Part shown: piece after piece, positions 34,720-47,612 of the stretch
Layout of the letters: the number at the start of each line of letters is the position of its first letter
Numbering within the stretch: position 1 is the first letter of the stretch
Assembly: GCA_044892525.1 (NCBI GenBank)
Contig: CM097885.1
Span: forward strand, 3,164,001 to 3,228,000
DNA length: 64,000 nucleotides
Reading direction: 5' to 3'
Source: Schmidtea polychroa
Taxonomy: Eukaryota
Made by a program: the position numbers and the translations under genes
Notes under the pieces: model-generated
What the model was told of the DNA's origin: nothing
The model's database searches: none
Seen by the model: the letters and a program-made list of their open reading frames with translations, nothing else

Positions 34720-36737
34720 CAGGGTTACGCAAATCTATATACCCATTTATTCAAATCTATTTGCCCATTTATGCAAATCTATATCCCCATTTATGCAAAT
34801 CTATATACCCATTTAATAAAAATATATAAATATGAGGGTTGAGAGATAAAAAATTAAAAACGCCATAAATATATTTCAAAGGATCATTTATTATATAAAT
34901 TTATTATATAAATCGAAAGTAAGGAATTAAATGTTCACGTATAAACTCGATAAATAGAGATTGGTTATATGAACCAGTTCGATATTGATAGGCAACTATA
35001 CGATTTATACCAATCACACACATTAAATTTCTATTCACATTTCTGTTAGCAGGAACTTGGATAAAAGCTTTTGTGTTTATAGGAGAATACCCGTATGCCC
35101 TACTTGTGTGCAGATTGAAGCCCGTTTCGTCAAGAAATACCAAGATCCTTAATGGTAGAATTTGGTTTTTTGTAAGAATTTATTACACGATCTCTAAGTT
35201 CTTTGTTGAGTGTTGTCCTTGCTTTGCGAACCATAATGTGGGGTTATTTTTTCAAAACTTTTAATTAAAAAGGTATATAGATTTGCATAAATGGGCATAT
35301 AGATTTGCATTAATGGGCATATAGATTTCAGTGGCGGATTCAGATTTTGGTGCGTGGGGGGGCGAGGAAAATTTTCAGGGGGCGCCATAAATTATGAAGA
35401 CGGTACTACTTATTTTCGCGAGTATTGAGTGAATACTAATATTATTAAAAAGTATTATATTCAGTAAATTTATTCTAGTAAATTTATTGATGTAACAAAC
35501 ATACAAGTTTATTTATTATTTAAATTGCTTCTTGCGTGATTTCATTGAAGCAAAACGATTTATAGTCGATTCAAAGTCAATGTTCTCAGCCAGTTCGCGT
35601 TCTATTGAAATTAATGCTAATCCAGACAGACGTTCGTTTGTCATTGTTGATCGCAAATAATTTTTGATGATTTTCAGTCTACTGAAACTTCTTTCAGCAG
35701 TAGCAGATGTAACAGGAAGAGTTAAGTTACAAGATAGATTACAAGATAGTACTTGCTCATCTTCAACAAGAACTTCAGATGATGTTTCTGTCTCAGCAGG
35801 CTCAGCACAGGAACTCGAATGCGTAGATGGGTGTTGATCATGAAATACATGCTCATTTTTAGCAGAAACTTCAGTTGATTGAACTACTGGCAGTTTAGAC
35901 TGTTTAGTTATAAATGATGTTAACTTAATATATTTGCTAGCATCTGCCTTGAGACTGGCTTCCTTTGCCAATTTACGCCTAGATGATCCACTTAATTTGG
36001 TAACTGCTTTGCTTTTATTAGTGTCATCAGCTGACTCAGCCATGGCTATAATTTAAATTTTATTTTAATTCAATATTGAATATTATTTTAATATTTCAAT
36101 AGTGACGCAATAATTTGTTTGTCAAAAAAGTTCAAATTGACAATAATTATTATGGTTAGATTTATGTACAAACACTATACAAGCTTAAAAACTTCAAACA
36201 GTCGCTCTTCACTGGAGCTATGTAATATTATTAATATGATGCAGCATAACAGCTGGAGTTGCTTAAATCCAGTTGAACTTTGTACACAGACAAAACTGTA
36301 ATAAGAGATAGGCCAGGCCGTCTGGTTAGTGGCAGTCTCAGCACTGCTGAGTAAGCAGTAATCTGCACTACTGAAGAATATGCCTGCTGCTGTGCTGCAT
36401 CAACTATGTTTAACAACATAGCAGAGTAATAGGTACTATCAATAATAATAATAATAATCTATAAACGGTGACTCTGAGCAGCTGTATGCTGCAGTGATAG
36501 TAGAATACATTTCAATCCATTTAGCTGTTCCAAATCAAAGATATATTAAATTGTCAGTGTCAGTGATCGGATTAATCTTAATACTTGTACACATTCATAA
36601 AAATTATCTTTGGGGGGGGGGCGCCAATTAGGATTCAACAGGGCGTGGAGGGGCGACTCGCCCCCCCCCCCACGCCTATAGCTAAATCCGCCACTGATAG
36701 ATTTGCATATATGGGCATATAGATTTGCATAACCCTG
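34720..36737 (-). mobile_element. Deleted Tc1/IS630-like element nested in the hAT
   Basis: TA|CAGGGTTACGCAAATCTATAT ... ATATAGATTTGCATAACCCTG|TA; subterminal repeats of about 23 bp; transposase remnant VFLDETGFNLH at 34904-35143. Confidence 0.88.
35329..36696 (-). mobile_element. Non-autonomous hAT inserted in the right TIR of the Tc1-like element
   Basis: TIR CAGTGGCGGATT, perfect 8-bp TSD ATAGATTT; ORF 35516-36043 ends in a hAT dimerisation domain (TLPVTSATAERSFSRLK). Confidence 0.93.
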
Positions 36738-37997
36738 TAACATATAACTTTCTAACGTTGCTAGGGTTTCAGAACCAGATATTAATTCGTATTGACCGCG
36801 TTCAAAAGAGGTTGCAGGACCCTTAAATGAACTTTCATGAAGCAGCTTGAGATTTAAAAGCCCTCCAAAATTGTTTTCATGATGAAAGAGAAGTGTTAGA
36901 TAGTGACTCACTAAAAGAAGGAATTCGAATTTGCAAGGAATGGGACATTGAATTTGAAAGCGACATAGAAGAAAGAAAAGAATGGATGGTGAAACATCGA
37001 GAGATGCTGGTTTATCAGCTAAAGATGAAATGGAAAGAGGTATGAAAGGGACTGTCGACAGTCTATTTAATGAATTACAAAGTAGAAGCGTTCGTTTACA
37101 AGAAATTGATGAAAAATTTGGATTTCTTCTTGATATGGAAGGGTTGTTTAAAGCCAAAACAAGCTACTTGAAAGAGCGTTGTGAAAAATTTGCAGAAGCC
37201 TACAGTTGTGATGTGGATGGGCAAGAATTATATGAAGAAAATTTGGATTTTAGAACGCTGTTAACAAGCCGTACCGAAAAATGATCAAGCCCGGAACAAT
37301 TACTTAATTTTATAGTTCAATATGGAGATGAAAACGTTTTTCTCAATATGCGTATAGCATTGCAAATATTGCTGACAATTCCGGTTCCTATTGTCAGTTG
37401 CGAAATATCATTTAGCAAATAAAAATTTATACTTTTATATTTGAGAGCCTCAAAGGACCAAAGTCGAAGAAATTGACTTTGATAATATAATTAAACAATT
37501 TGTGTCGGCTAAAGCAAGAAAATAAATTTGTAATAAAGTGTTAATATATTTAACTTGGGTTTTTTTACCTAGTTCTAAAGTAGTTTTTAGAAAATAAAAC
37601 GTAAGTAACCCATCGTAGGAGAGGGGCGCAAGATTAGTGTTTGCCTTAGGCGCCATTTACCCTAGGTATGCCACTTACTAGTCTAGCAAATATGACTACA
37701 GTCAAGTGAATACAGCATGGATATGATATTAGCCCTTTTTACAATAATTATTAATCAAAACATAATTGAAAATTTAATTAATGCTCAATTGGATGGAAAC
37801 AATAGAATCTCTGTAACAGATTGCACACAACAATTCATGCGGTAACGCTGCAACAACATTATTTCAACCAATCAGAAATCAGACAAACGCGCTTTTTATT
37901 CTTTGATTGATTGTTATTCATTATCAGATTTGCTGATTCATTATAGAAGATATTTAATCGCAATTCTGAGATTTCCACAGTTTGTCGACTCAAATTC

Positions 37998-39854
37998 ATG
38001 GAAATCACAGACAATTCAGATGAGATGTCAACAGTGGTGAGGAATTCTCAATACAAAGCACTCAGGGACAAATTTCAGGTAAATGCTTTATATTATTATT
38101 ATTGTTGATAATAATTATTATTATTATTGATTACTAATTGATATTGACTATTATTGATTATTATTGATTATTATTATTGACTATTATTGATTATTGATTA
38201 TTATTAATTATTGATTATTATTATTATTGATTACTAATTGATATTGACTATTATTGATTTTTATTGATTATTATTATTGACTATTATTGATTATTGATTA
38301 TTATTGATTATTATTATTGACTATTATTGATTATTGATTATTATTAATTATTGATTATTATTATTATTGATTACTAATTGATATTGACTATTATTGATTT
38401 TTATTGATTATTATTATTGACTATTATTGATTATTGATTATTATTGATTATTATTATTATTGATTATTAATTATTATTGTTGACTATTATTATTGATTAT
38501 TATTATTGACTATTATTGATTATTAATTATTATTGTTGACTATTATTATTGATTATTATTATTGATTATTAATTATTGATTATTGATTATTATTGATTAT
38601 TAATGATTTATTATTGATTATTATTGATTATTTATTATTATTGATTATTATTATTGATTATAATTGACTATTGATTATTATTGATTATTATTATTTATTT
38701 TTATTGATTATTATTATTGATTATTAATTATTATTTTTTAATTGATTATTATTATTGTTATATAATAATTTTGCCAGGTATTATGTGATGCCCAAAAAAT
38801 AGCAACGAACGATGACAAATTCAAGACGGTAAAAAATATTGAAATTTTTATGAACAACTATAAAAATTTCACGCTTCAGAGGAGGCTGTTTCAAAGTTGC
38901 AAATCTTTCAATCAAGTGTTTGAAAATAGTGAACTGGTGGAGAAAAAGGAAGTATGCATTTATTATAATAAATTAATTACAATTTGAACTGGCCTGAAAG
39001 GATCGCGAAGGGGGTGTCGGCAATATAAAAACAAACGAAATTATGGAAATGGTAAGCTTGTCATCCAATAATATCATCATCAATTCGGTTAGAAAAGGAA
39101 TGAATTTAAGAAAAGTAAGTCACTGGATTCCTATATTGAAGTCGGCGGTGAGGAATTCACTGGAAAACAGGATAAATTGCTAGACCAAACCGCCGAAGAA
39201 ACTGATAAAATCCTTCATATTCCAACTCGGTCCCAATTCTCATACAAAAATGAGCCGTAAGAACTGATGATAACTGAAATAGCATTTATTCATAAACAGG
39301 GTGGCTACTGAAAGAACGGTCCAACGCTTGAAGGAGAAGCTCAACAATAGAGACATACTCGTGATGAAATTGCAAACAAATGAAATGATCATGAAATCTG
39401 AACTGGCAAGTTGTCAAGTAAAGATCGAAATGCTAAGCGACCGTTTGATCAACGAAAAGTTGAAATTGGAAAGATTAGAAACTTTGGTAAGATCTTGTTG
39501 TGGATTTATGGGATTCTTTATTGAATAATGAGCTGAATAATGAGACAAGCGCCTCAAAGATTAGAGAAACAAAACTAAAAACTACCGAAGGTGAATATCA
39601 GTTGCTGATGAAGGATGTCAAAGCGCTGGAAGATAAATTGCGGCAGAGTGAATTCGATAGGGTGGCTAAAGAGAAAATGGTAGATCGCTTGGAACGCCGG
39701 CTGGCTGATATGCAGAATTTGGTATTGAGTTTCCATTATTATTTCTGTAGCCTTATTGTATTATTAGAAACTTGCACAGTCGGATCTGATAGGGAACTTG
39801 CAGCATGACCTCGCTTTGTCGAAGTCAAAGATTTTTGAATTGAAAAATATGTAA
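37998..39854 (+). CDS. Uncharacterised multi-exon coiled-coil protein
   Basis: ATG 37998 exon ends CAG|GTAAAT; further exons from 38778 with short GT-AG introns; heptad-rich ORFs 39301 and 39500; stop 39852-39854. Internal exon boundaries not all verified. Confidence 0.6.
38090..38760. repeat. ATT/ATTG low-complexity intronic satellite
   Basis: Visible. Confidence 0.9.
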
Positions 39855-40949
39855 ATCAACTGAAGAGTTTTCATTTTGCTATGATTGAATGTCTTGACAT
39901 TTCTTTATTTTTATTTCTTTATTTCCATTGGATTAGACTTGTCATGTTGCTACTTTATATGCATTTCAATTCCTTGAATTAGGACGCTTATTTCTCAGTA
40001 TCCAAAGACCATAGCAAATAATTATGAAGGAGAATGCCTTGACCTGTTTCTCATGACGTATAGAACATATGAAATGCACATCATGACAGTTATTACGGTT
40101 CATTGTGACAGTAATTAAGGTCTGGCCAATAAGAATTGAAATTTTTATTAGGCTATAAATGTAAAAAAATGCATGTTGTATTATATTTAGTAATTCAAGG
40201 AGGTTTGCAAATGGGACCATTGAAATAGTTTGGGTTTTTGCTGTCCCTCTCAATGCATAAAGTATACTCAAACAAATAGCGACAGAAAGATTTTTCTATG
40301 CCTTAGACCAAGTTAATGGCGAGTTCTTTCTAAATAATTGAAATGGTAAAGTAGTATCATTCCTTCTAAGTTGCGCGTGTGTAGCCACGCAGCAGTTTCG
40401 AAAGTCCCTCGCGGTTATCACAAGTTATCGTGCATGCCAAAAATCACCAGACAAAACAAAACATTTACTATTTGAATTAATTCTAAATTTTCTAAAATAA
40501 AAACAAATGAAATTTGTATAAGTGCCAAAGTTATGTTGCGCTTGCACATTTGGTGATTGTCTTAGTGTGAACGTTGGTTATGAACTTTTTACTTCTTCAG
40601 TGAAAGTTTGGATTTATTAGAAATAGGCTTAGCAGAAAAAATGGAAAGAAAAATACAGAAATTATTATTTCATATAACAGGAGTATTTTCATTGTCGGAA
40701 CATTTTCAGAATAAGATTATTTGGAAAACTATTTGATACCTTACTCGGGTAAGTTTGTCATTGAAATGAGATATTAACAACTAGTAATCGAACTCCATGC
40801 GTGCTATAATCATTGACAATAATTTTATAGAGAAACACAAAGTCAACCTTATTTTCCCATTTGGCTTGTTAAACCATTCATGAAAAACAGAACGATCACA
40901 TATTTAATAACTTGTTCGGAAATCATTGGTAATACGAAGATTTATCTGT

Positions 40950-41400
40950 TTTGAAAGCATTTGAAAAAGCTAAGTTAACACTTTCGAATATCTAATCACT
41001 TCACTTTCCTAACGGCGACTTACCATTGAGTTTTACTACTGACGCACCCAATGGTGCCATTGGTGCAATTTTACATCAAAAACATAACAGCATTTTCAAA
41101 TCAATAGAATTTTTCACACAAAAGTTGTTTTCTAATCAACAGATATATTCTACCTTCAGTCGAGAACTAGGCAAGTACCTTTCAATTAAATACTTTAAGA
41201 GCTTGCTTGAAGTTCGTCCTTTCATCATCTACACGGATCAAAAACCTTTAATCTATCTCTTTGGGATGAAAGACCCTTTCCACGACAGCAGAGACAAATC
41301 AGTTACATTTCGAAATTTTCATGCAAAATATGCTATATTATTGAACAAGAAAACATCTTAGTGATTTGCAAACAGATGTTAATGCTGTAACGGATGAAAA
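40950..41400 (+). mobile_element. Ty3/Gypsy RT-RNase H remnant
   Basis: FTTDAPNGAIGAILHQ...FFTQKL...YSTFSREL...FIIYTDQKPL; stops and frameshifts. Confidence 0.85.
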
Positions 41401-41829
41401 TCCTAATAATCGGGTTCCGGGTTCCCTTGTGCGCCGCGATTTCCCTTGAGGCTGATGTAGTGAGTCGTTGGACAGTCTTATCAAAATCTATATAAATCTC
41501 ATGCCTTAGAGAATACAAATAATTGGGCGACATCTGTTGCATATTCCTCGCCAATTAGTGCCAGCTTAGCTATTCTACATTCAATCTACAGTTGAATTTC
41601 TTTTCTCAACAAATACCTAAGAGAATTCGCAGAAAAGTAAAACATTCCAATAGTGAACAAATAATTATTTCTTCTAAATTAACCAAAGCTAACTTAGAGT
41701 TCATTTTCCCCGCATTCCATTTCTATCAATCGTAGAGCTCAATGTCTCCAGATGCTTTGAAGATGTATAAAATACATTTCTCAAATGAAACAATTGAAAT
41801 ATTTATCGTTACAATTTAATAATTTATTC

Positions 41830-42078
41830 CAGCCATGGCCACCCGGTGGCCCGCGAAGCGTTTTGATGTGGCCCGGACACAATTTTAAACATCAAATCAA
41901 TAATTGTCTTTTTTAGAATTCATATTCGAATTAAGCATGTTTTTAATTTAAAAAATTGATTCTAAGTGTACTTGAATCGTAAAAACGAGTTATATTTATT
42001 TAAATGAATTTATTGTGGCCCGTGATAGTATTTTTCCGAAAATTTGGGCCTTCGATTGATTTGGGTTGGCCACCACTG
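41830..42078. mobile_element. hAT-type MITE
   Basis: Ends CAGCCATGGCCA / TGGCCACCACTG, internal TGGCCCG repeats, 8-bp TSD ATTTATTC/ATTTAATC. Confidence 0.75.
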
Positions 42079-42336
42079 ATTTAATCAATGATGACATTCG
42101 CGTGTGTGTATTCACGCGTGTGTGCATTTGCGCGTGTGTGCATGCTTTTTATTCATTTATGTGTGCATTGGGGTGATTGTTCAACGTTTTAAAATAATTG
42201 GAATTGAATTATAATTTGATAGTTATATTTGATTTGAAATATTAATTTCGAAATTTGATGGATTTATTAACCAAACCAATCACAAGAATATTTAGTGTAA
42301 TGATTATCTCATTTGTTTAAGTAAGTGTCGAATTAA

Positions 42337-42573
42337 CCCTTTAATGGGCAATGACGTGTATACACGTCATACTACTGCGTTCTGTTGGGACATGCCGTGT
42401 ATACAAGTCAAAAATTATTTTGCTAATAAACGAGGACTTTAGTGTCCCCGAATTGTGCATGACGTCTGTTTCCGTCAATGTCCATGGAAATTTGTTCAGT
42501 ATAAAAAAAAGTGTCCCAGATATGACAAGTGACGTCTGGGAACAGCAACTAAAAAAGTGCGTCCGCGAAAGGG
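42337..42573. mobile_element. piggyBac-type MITE
   Basis: TTAA|CCCTTT ... AAAGGG|TTAA. Confidence 0.75.
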
Positions 42574-42942
42574 TTAAACAGAGACAAAATGGTTTCAAAT
42601 AAAGGGTTGGATAAAATTTGGGAATAAAAAATTTGAAAAATAATTTGTTCCCAGAATTTATATCAACTGAATGAGGCGATATTTTACCAATTTGATAGTT
42701 TTTTTAATTGGGTTTGTCTAAATTAACTACATCATTTAATAACGGTAATAATATTAATAATTATAAGAACTTCTTTTGATTTTCACCTCAGATTTCGTTT
42801 TCAATTGGCATGATATTTATTAAAATATTGAATATGATTCAATAAAGATATCGATGTTTATTTTATATTCACGAATTTTTGGCAGTCTTTTTCAAATGAT
42901 TTTAATTAATAATAATTATAATATGAATTATTGAAAGTCTTA

Positions 42943-44463
42943 TTAGTCCCTTATTTCAAACGAATATTCATTTACCGAGCAGACCCGAATAACTCCATCA
43001 TTACCACGAATGACAGAATGATAATCGCAATCAGAAAGAGGCTTTGCAAATTGAATTCGAAATCTTTGTAGAATAGTGATAAAAAATATAAAGAATTCCG
43101 TTCTTGCTAATGATTCTCCCAAACATTGGCGTTTTCCCAAACTAAATGGAATCAATTCTTCCCTTGGAGTATACTTAAGTTCCCCGTCAGAATTCTTTGA
43201 GAGGAAATGATTTGGAGAAAACTCGTTTGGAGAATCCCATATTTTAGGATCATAATGGCATGCATAAATGTTTGGAATTACTAACGTATTTTCTGGAATA
43301 AAATATCCGTCTAAAACGGCATCTTTCGTTGTTCTATGAATGACAGCCATCGGTGCTACTGAACTCATTCGCAGAATTTCATCAATCACAGCTTGTGTGT
43401 AGGTCAAAGATTTCTTATCATTCAATGTTGGTAACCTTTCCCTTCCTATCTTATTCATTATTTCATCGTATACCATTTCTTGTATCTTTTGATACCTTGC
43501 CATAAACATCATGCTCCAAATAAGAGTGGTTGCTGTTGTGTCGAATCCGGCGACAAACAATTCCAATGAGTTCCGAATGAGTTGCATGTCTGTAAAGGTT
43601 TTCGCAGATTTTCCTTGTTGGACCAGTTGGTTTTTCTTCACTAAAAATCTTTCTATTAAATCTTCACCTTCACAACTGAAGTCGATATTTTTCAAATGGT
43701 CTTCAATGACTTCTTGCCATTTAGTATGAATCCTGTCAAAGAGTCTTTGACGAAACGTTATGAAAACGAAGAATCTATTGAACCAGTCCCATTTATCAAA
43801 TATTGGAAACATTAACAAGAAAAACTGAACAAAATCCTTTTGTTTAACAATTCTGTTTTGCATGTCCTTCATGAGGTTGAAAAGCTTTTCCATCGATGTA
43901 ACGCGCTTGTTCATTACAAATTTAGCAATGACATTGGCTGTAGAATCATGAAATAACTTGGTAACATCAACCGACTGACCATCTCTCTTAACTAAATCAT
44001 CCAAAAGCACTAGACATTCAGATTGAGCGATTTCGACAGATTTGAAATTTCCCATTCCAAAATCACGAAGGACTTTGGAAACAAAAGGTCGTTGAACGTT
44101 CCAGACATGATTATCTAAAAAGATCATTCCGGAATTCTGACAGAGAAAAGTATATTTCTGTGTTGTAGATCTGCCAGAAAATGAATCTGAATTGCTGACC
44201 AATGCTTTCCTCATCAAGACGTCATCATTCAGTATCACCATCTCTCTCATTCCAAACCTTACTCGATATATTGGTCCGTATGTCTTGGCCAAATTCATAA
44301 AAAACTCATACATTGGAGCCTTTATTTGCGGCAATATCCCCACAATTGGCCATGATTTTACCAGAGGGCATTCTTTTAATCCTTTTGGTAAGTTCTTTTT
44401 GAAATAAAATGCCCTGAGATAAATGAGAAAACACAACACAAAAAGAATTATTAAAATGTACAT
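42943..44463 (-). CDS. Cytochrome P450, CYP2-clan-like, intronless, 506 aa
   Basis: N-terminal TM anchor, WPIVGIL, I-helix AGFDTT, ExxR (EILR), heme loop PFSLGKRQCLG. Confidence 0.96.
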   Translation of the reverse strand: MYILIILFVLCFLIYLRAFYFKKNLPKGLKECPLVKSWPIVGILPQIKAPMYEFFMNLAKTYGPIYRVRFGMREMVILNDDVLMRKALVSNSDSFSGRSTTQKYTFLCQNSGMIFLDNHVWNVQRPFVSKVLRDFGMGNFKSVEIAQSECLVLLDDLVKRDGQSVDVTKLFHDSTANVIAKFVMNKRVTSMEKLFNLMKDMQNRIVKQKDFVQFFLLMFPIFDKWDWFNRFFVFITFRQRLFDRIHTKWQEVIEDHLKNIDFSCEGEDLIERFLVKKNQLVQQGKSAKTFTDMQLIRNSLELFVAGFDTTATTLIWSMMFMARYQKIQEMVYDEIMNKIGRERLPTLNDKKSLTYTQAVIDEILRMSSVAPMAVIHRTTKDAVLDGYFIPENTLVIPNIYACHYDPKIWDSPNEFSPNHFLSKNSDGELKYTPREELIPFSLGKRQCLGESLARTEFFIFFITILQRFRIQFAKPLSDCDYHSVIRGNDGVIRVCSVNEYSFEIRD

Positions 44464-47400
44464 TTAGAAAAATCAAAATATTTTCTCCTTGATCGCTTAT
44501 ATGATCTAGCAAATGATCATCATGAAATGTAAATAATGTCGTCCAGTTGACCTTTGGGACGTCAATTATGATGACATCAGTGATGCGTATCCGTTATAAG
44601 GTCACTGGCATCCTGTTTTTATTTGATTCAATTTTTACAGAATCCTTCATCTTGGAAACGAACGAAAATTTAGTTTTCTTAAAATTTTTCAAATATTTGA
44701 CTAATAGCTTTCAGCTTTCCACGGTTGACTTACGCCATTTGAGGTCCTGTCAGTCGAATAAGATGCTAGAATTCGTGATTAATCACAATGACTAAAGGGA
44801 CACCCTGCAAGTTGAAATAGATTTTATACAGAAATATGAAAGCCTCATCGAGTTTAGGTCTATGTAAGGACATGCAATTACAATATTATCAAATGCACGA
44901 GTCGCTGTAGCAGATGGGCACATAACTACCCTAGTAAGGTTCTTAGAAGGACCCCATTTAAGACATATTAGTGTATAAACAGGAAAAGAATCACATAAAG
45001 AACCACAAGACAATTCAAGATGTGGATGTACTGGATTCATCAAGAATGCACAATCTCAACACTCCTCTTATCTGTGAAGGTATCAACGAAGACAACATAC
45101 AGATTACTCGCATTTCTTGCTTAGCCTTCTTAACATTTGATGAAACATTAAAATTTACCAACAATATGTCTGTGACTGAGACTAATAAAATTCCATCTTT
45201 CTAATCCAGCTTTCAGAATTCAGCCCTAGAGTAAGGCAAGTAGGCATGAGGACCATACCTATGTGAGCACCTAGCATAAATTCTGATTTTTCATTGTATA
45301 ACTATAGGAACATATTCAAAGCCAATACTCAGTCACAACTTAAAGCAATATGAACCGAAATACCTACGTAGGCCTTCTGCTGTTACAATAACTCATAGCT
45401 TGTTACCATTATTGTCGATCAAATCCCTATGTTGATTTCCAACTTCCCATTTGGAGAAGGATAAAAACATAGAATTGTACTCATTGGTGCTTTCAATCAG
45501 TAACGGGATTTATCCGTATGGCTACCTCATTCGGTTATATTTCATTTAATCACTCCTTCAATTACAAAGATCTTTGGATTAGGTTCCTTTAACCATCCGT
45601 TTAGTTACGTGGACCTGGGGGTTATATCTCACTTAATCACTTATCCAGTCATTTGGACTGATAAATTATATTTTATGAATTTATCCATTTATTTGTTTAT
45701 TTCTTTAGTTGCGTGTTTGTTTAATTTTATATACATTGGCTTTATAAATATGTGGTCGGGGTTTGTATGAATTAGGTTCAATGATACAATTGTATGGGTC
45801 ACAGGGTACGCTAATAGGTCATTTTAACTTGATGAAAGGTATGATGACGTACCCCTAAGTAAGGGATGTATAGATAGATATGAATGTGTGAGTATATATC
45901 AATGATCAGCAGGTATATGATAACAGCTGCACAGACCGCGACGCGTCCGATTCAATCATCAGTAATAAGCGAAAGATTGAATCAACGCCGTAACCAGGAT
46001 TATCTGATAGCCATGCCGAATTCACGAGTAAAACCCGGGCGAACAGTGAAGTAGATAACCATGTGAAGCTTCTAGCAGTTATAATGTAGAGAAATTAGAT
46101 GCACATAGTCTTTGGACAATGCGATGTAAGACGTAAATGATATGCTGGCTCACCCCAAGTGAATAGAACATTAGATAATTGAGTCCAAGATCCCCGTTAC
46201 AAACAGAGAGTTGTGACACCTATTTGGCAAGGCTTGACAGAAGGATTTGGACAAGGTAGTTGCTCTAGGCGTAATTCTGCCGGAGGGCTGATGGATAACC
46301 CAAATGTTGAAAGACTGTAAAATGATTCAGTATTTTTTTTATGATAGAACTACATTATTTTTGATTATTATTTCTTTTCTTTTCTATTTTTAATTGCTAT
46401 TCTGTGGATAACCTTTATGAACTGTGATTCGACATTAAAGTGCTATGATATTTGGGGATAATCTTCAACAAGTACCTTCCCAATTCGATATGGTGAGAAC
46501 TTTATAAAGTTTGTAATGAAAACAAGGCATGGAGTTATAAATGGGTGATGATAAGCTTTTTAGGGAGGAAAGAGCAAAATTATTATTGACAAATGCTGGG
46601 AAATTTAGCTGTGGTATGGGCATTGATAATAACTACTCATAACTACTCATCACTTGATTTATGTATTATTTTTGTCTATTCTTCATTTGAGAATATTATT
46701 GATGGATTCAGATTAAATTTTGGTTGGTTGGCCAAGAAAACTGAGTTCTACCATCACGAAGCTGAACGGTTGAAGTTGAACTGCCGAGAACAATAGATAA
46801 CTTCGTTTAAGCCAGAAGCGATTTATTTTCAGAAAAGGCAAAACTAAAAGAGCATGCAAGATAAACATACAATCATTGACGTATAAAGATCTTATACCGC
46901 CCATGGCCGGGTTAAATTTGACACCTCCAAGACCTACAAAATAAAGACGTAATGACTAACGTACTAGAGGTTGTGATAAGTTTGTCAGCCTTGATATATC
47001 CATCCCTTTCTTGCACATACACAAAAGGTGTATACAAACTTTTTCGACAGAAAATAAAAAAGATTGAAAAACCTCCAATAAATTGGTGGACAATAAGAAC
47101 TGCACTGACCAAAAAAAGTAAATATATAATGCATTGCTTGTGAGTGACAGAAAGAGGAGCCTTTGCATAGACTTTCAGATACGGTAAGAAGTATTTTATT
47201 TAACATGACAAGGAACCAATACGACTGAATTAAGAAATGTTAAGTGTGGAAAACGAAAGATTTCATTAGAATAATCTGTTATTATGGTGATATGCAATAT
47301 GATGCAGTAAACGTCACATTTCGTACAATGTCCTTAATTTTAATTTCTTTTCAGACTATCGATCAATATTTTGTTCTATATTTCCCGGAATTTGTCTGAA

Positions 47401-47612
47401 TTATTGCAATTATTTTCACCCATTTGAATTTATCATCGAGTAATGAATAATTTTCTCACTTTAATGAAGATTCTTACCACCTTCATTGTTAATTTTATCA
47501 AAGTTTAAAGAATATTTCTCTTTTCATTGCTTACCACTTTAGAATTTTTATCAAAATTTATGATAATTTGACTAATTCAATGATAAATTTAATTAATATA
47601 TATTAATATATA

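Larger units (their letters stand above)
32275..37676 (+). mobile_element. Decayed hAT transposon (ZMYM1/Tip100-like transposase pseudogene), interrupted at 34720-36737
   Basis: Fragments YLSPKIQN, YYGLMFDSTPDQAHREQMS, FVNCDNHSLNL, DTRWSA and a C-terminal dimerisation remnant. Imperfect TIRs CCAAGGCGTACCTA/AAGTGGCATACCTA; 8-bp TSD ACTAGCCT/ACTAGTCT. Confidence 0.85.

Noticed and set aside
44547..47206. Cluster of short ORFs upstream of the P450
   Set aside because: No recognisable domains or consistent splice structure; probably decayed repeat DNA.
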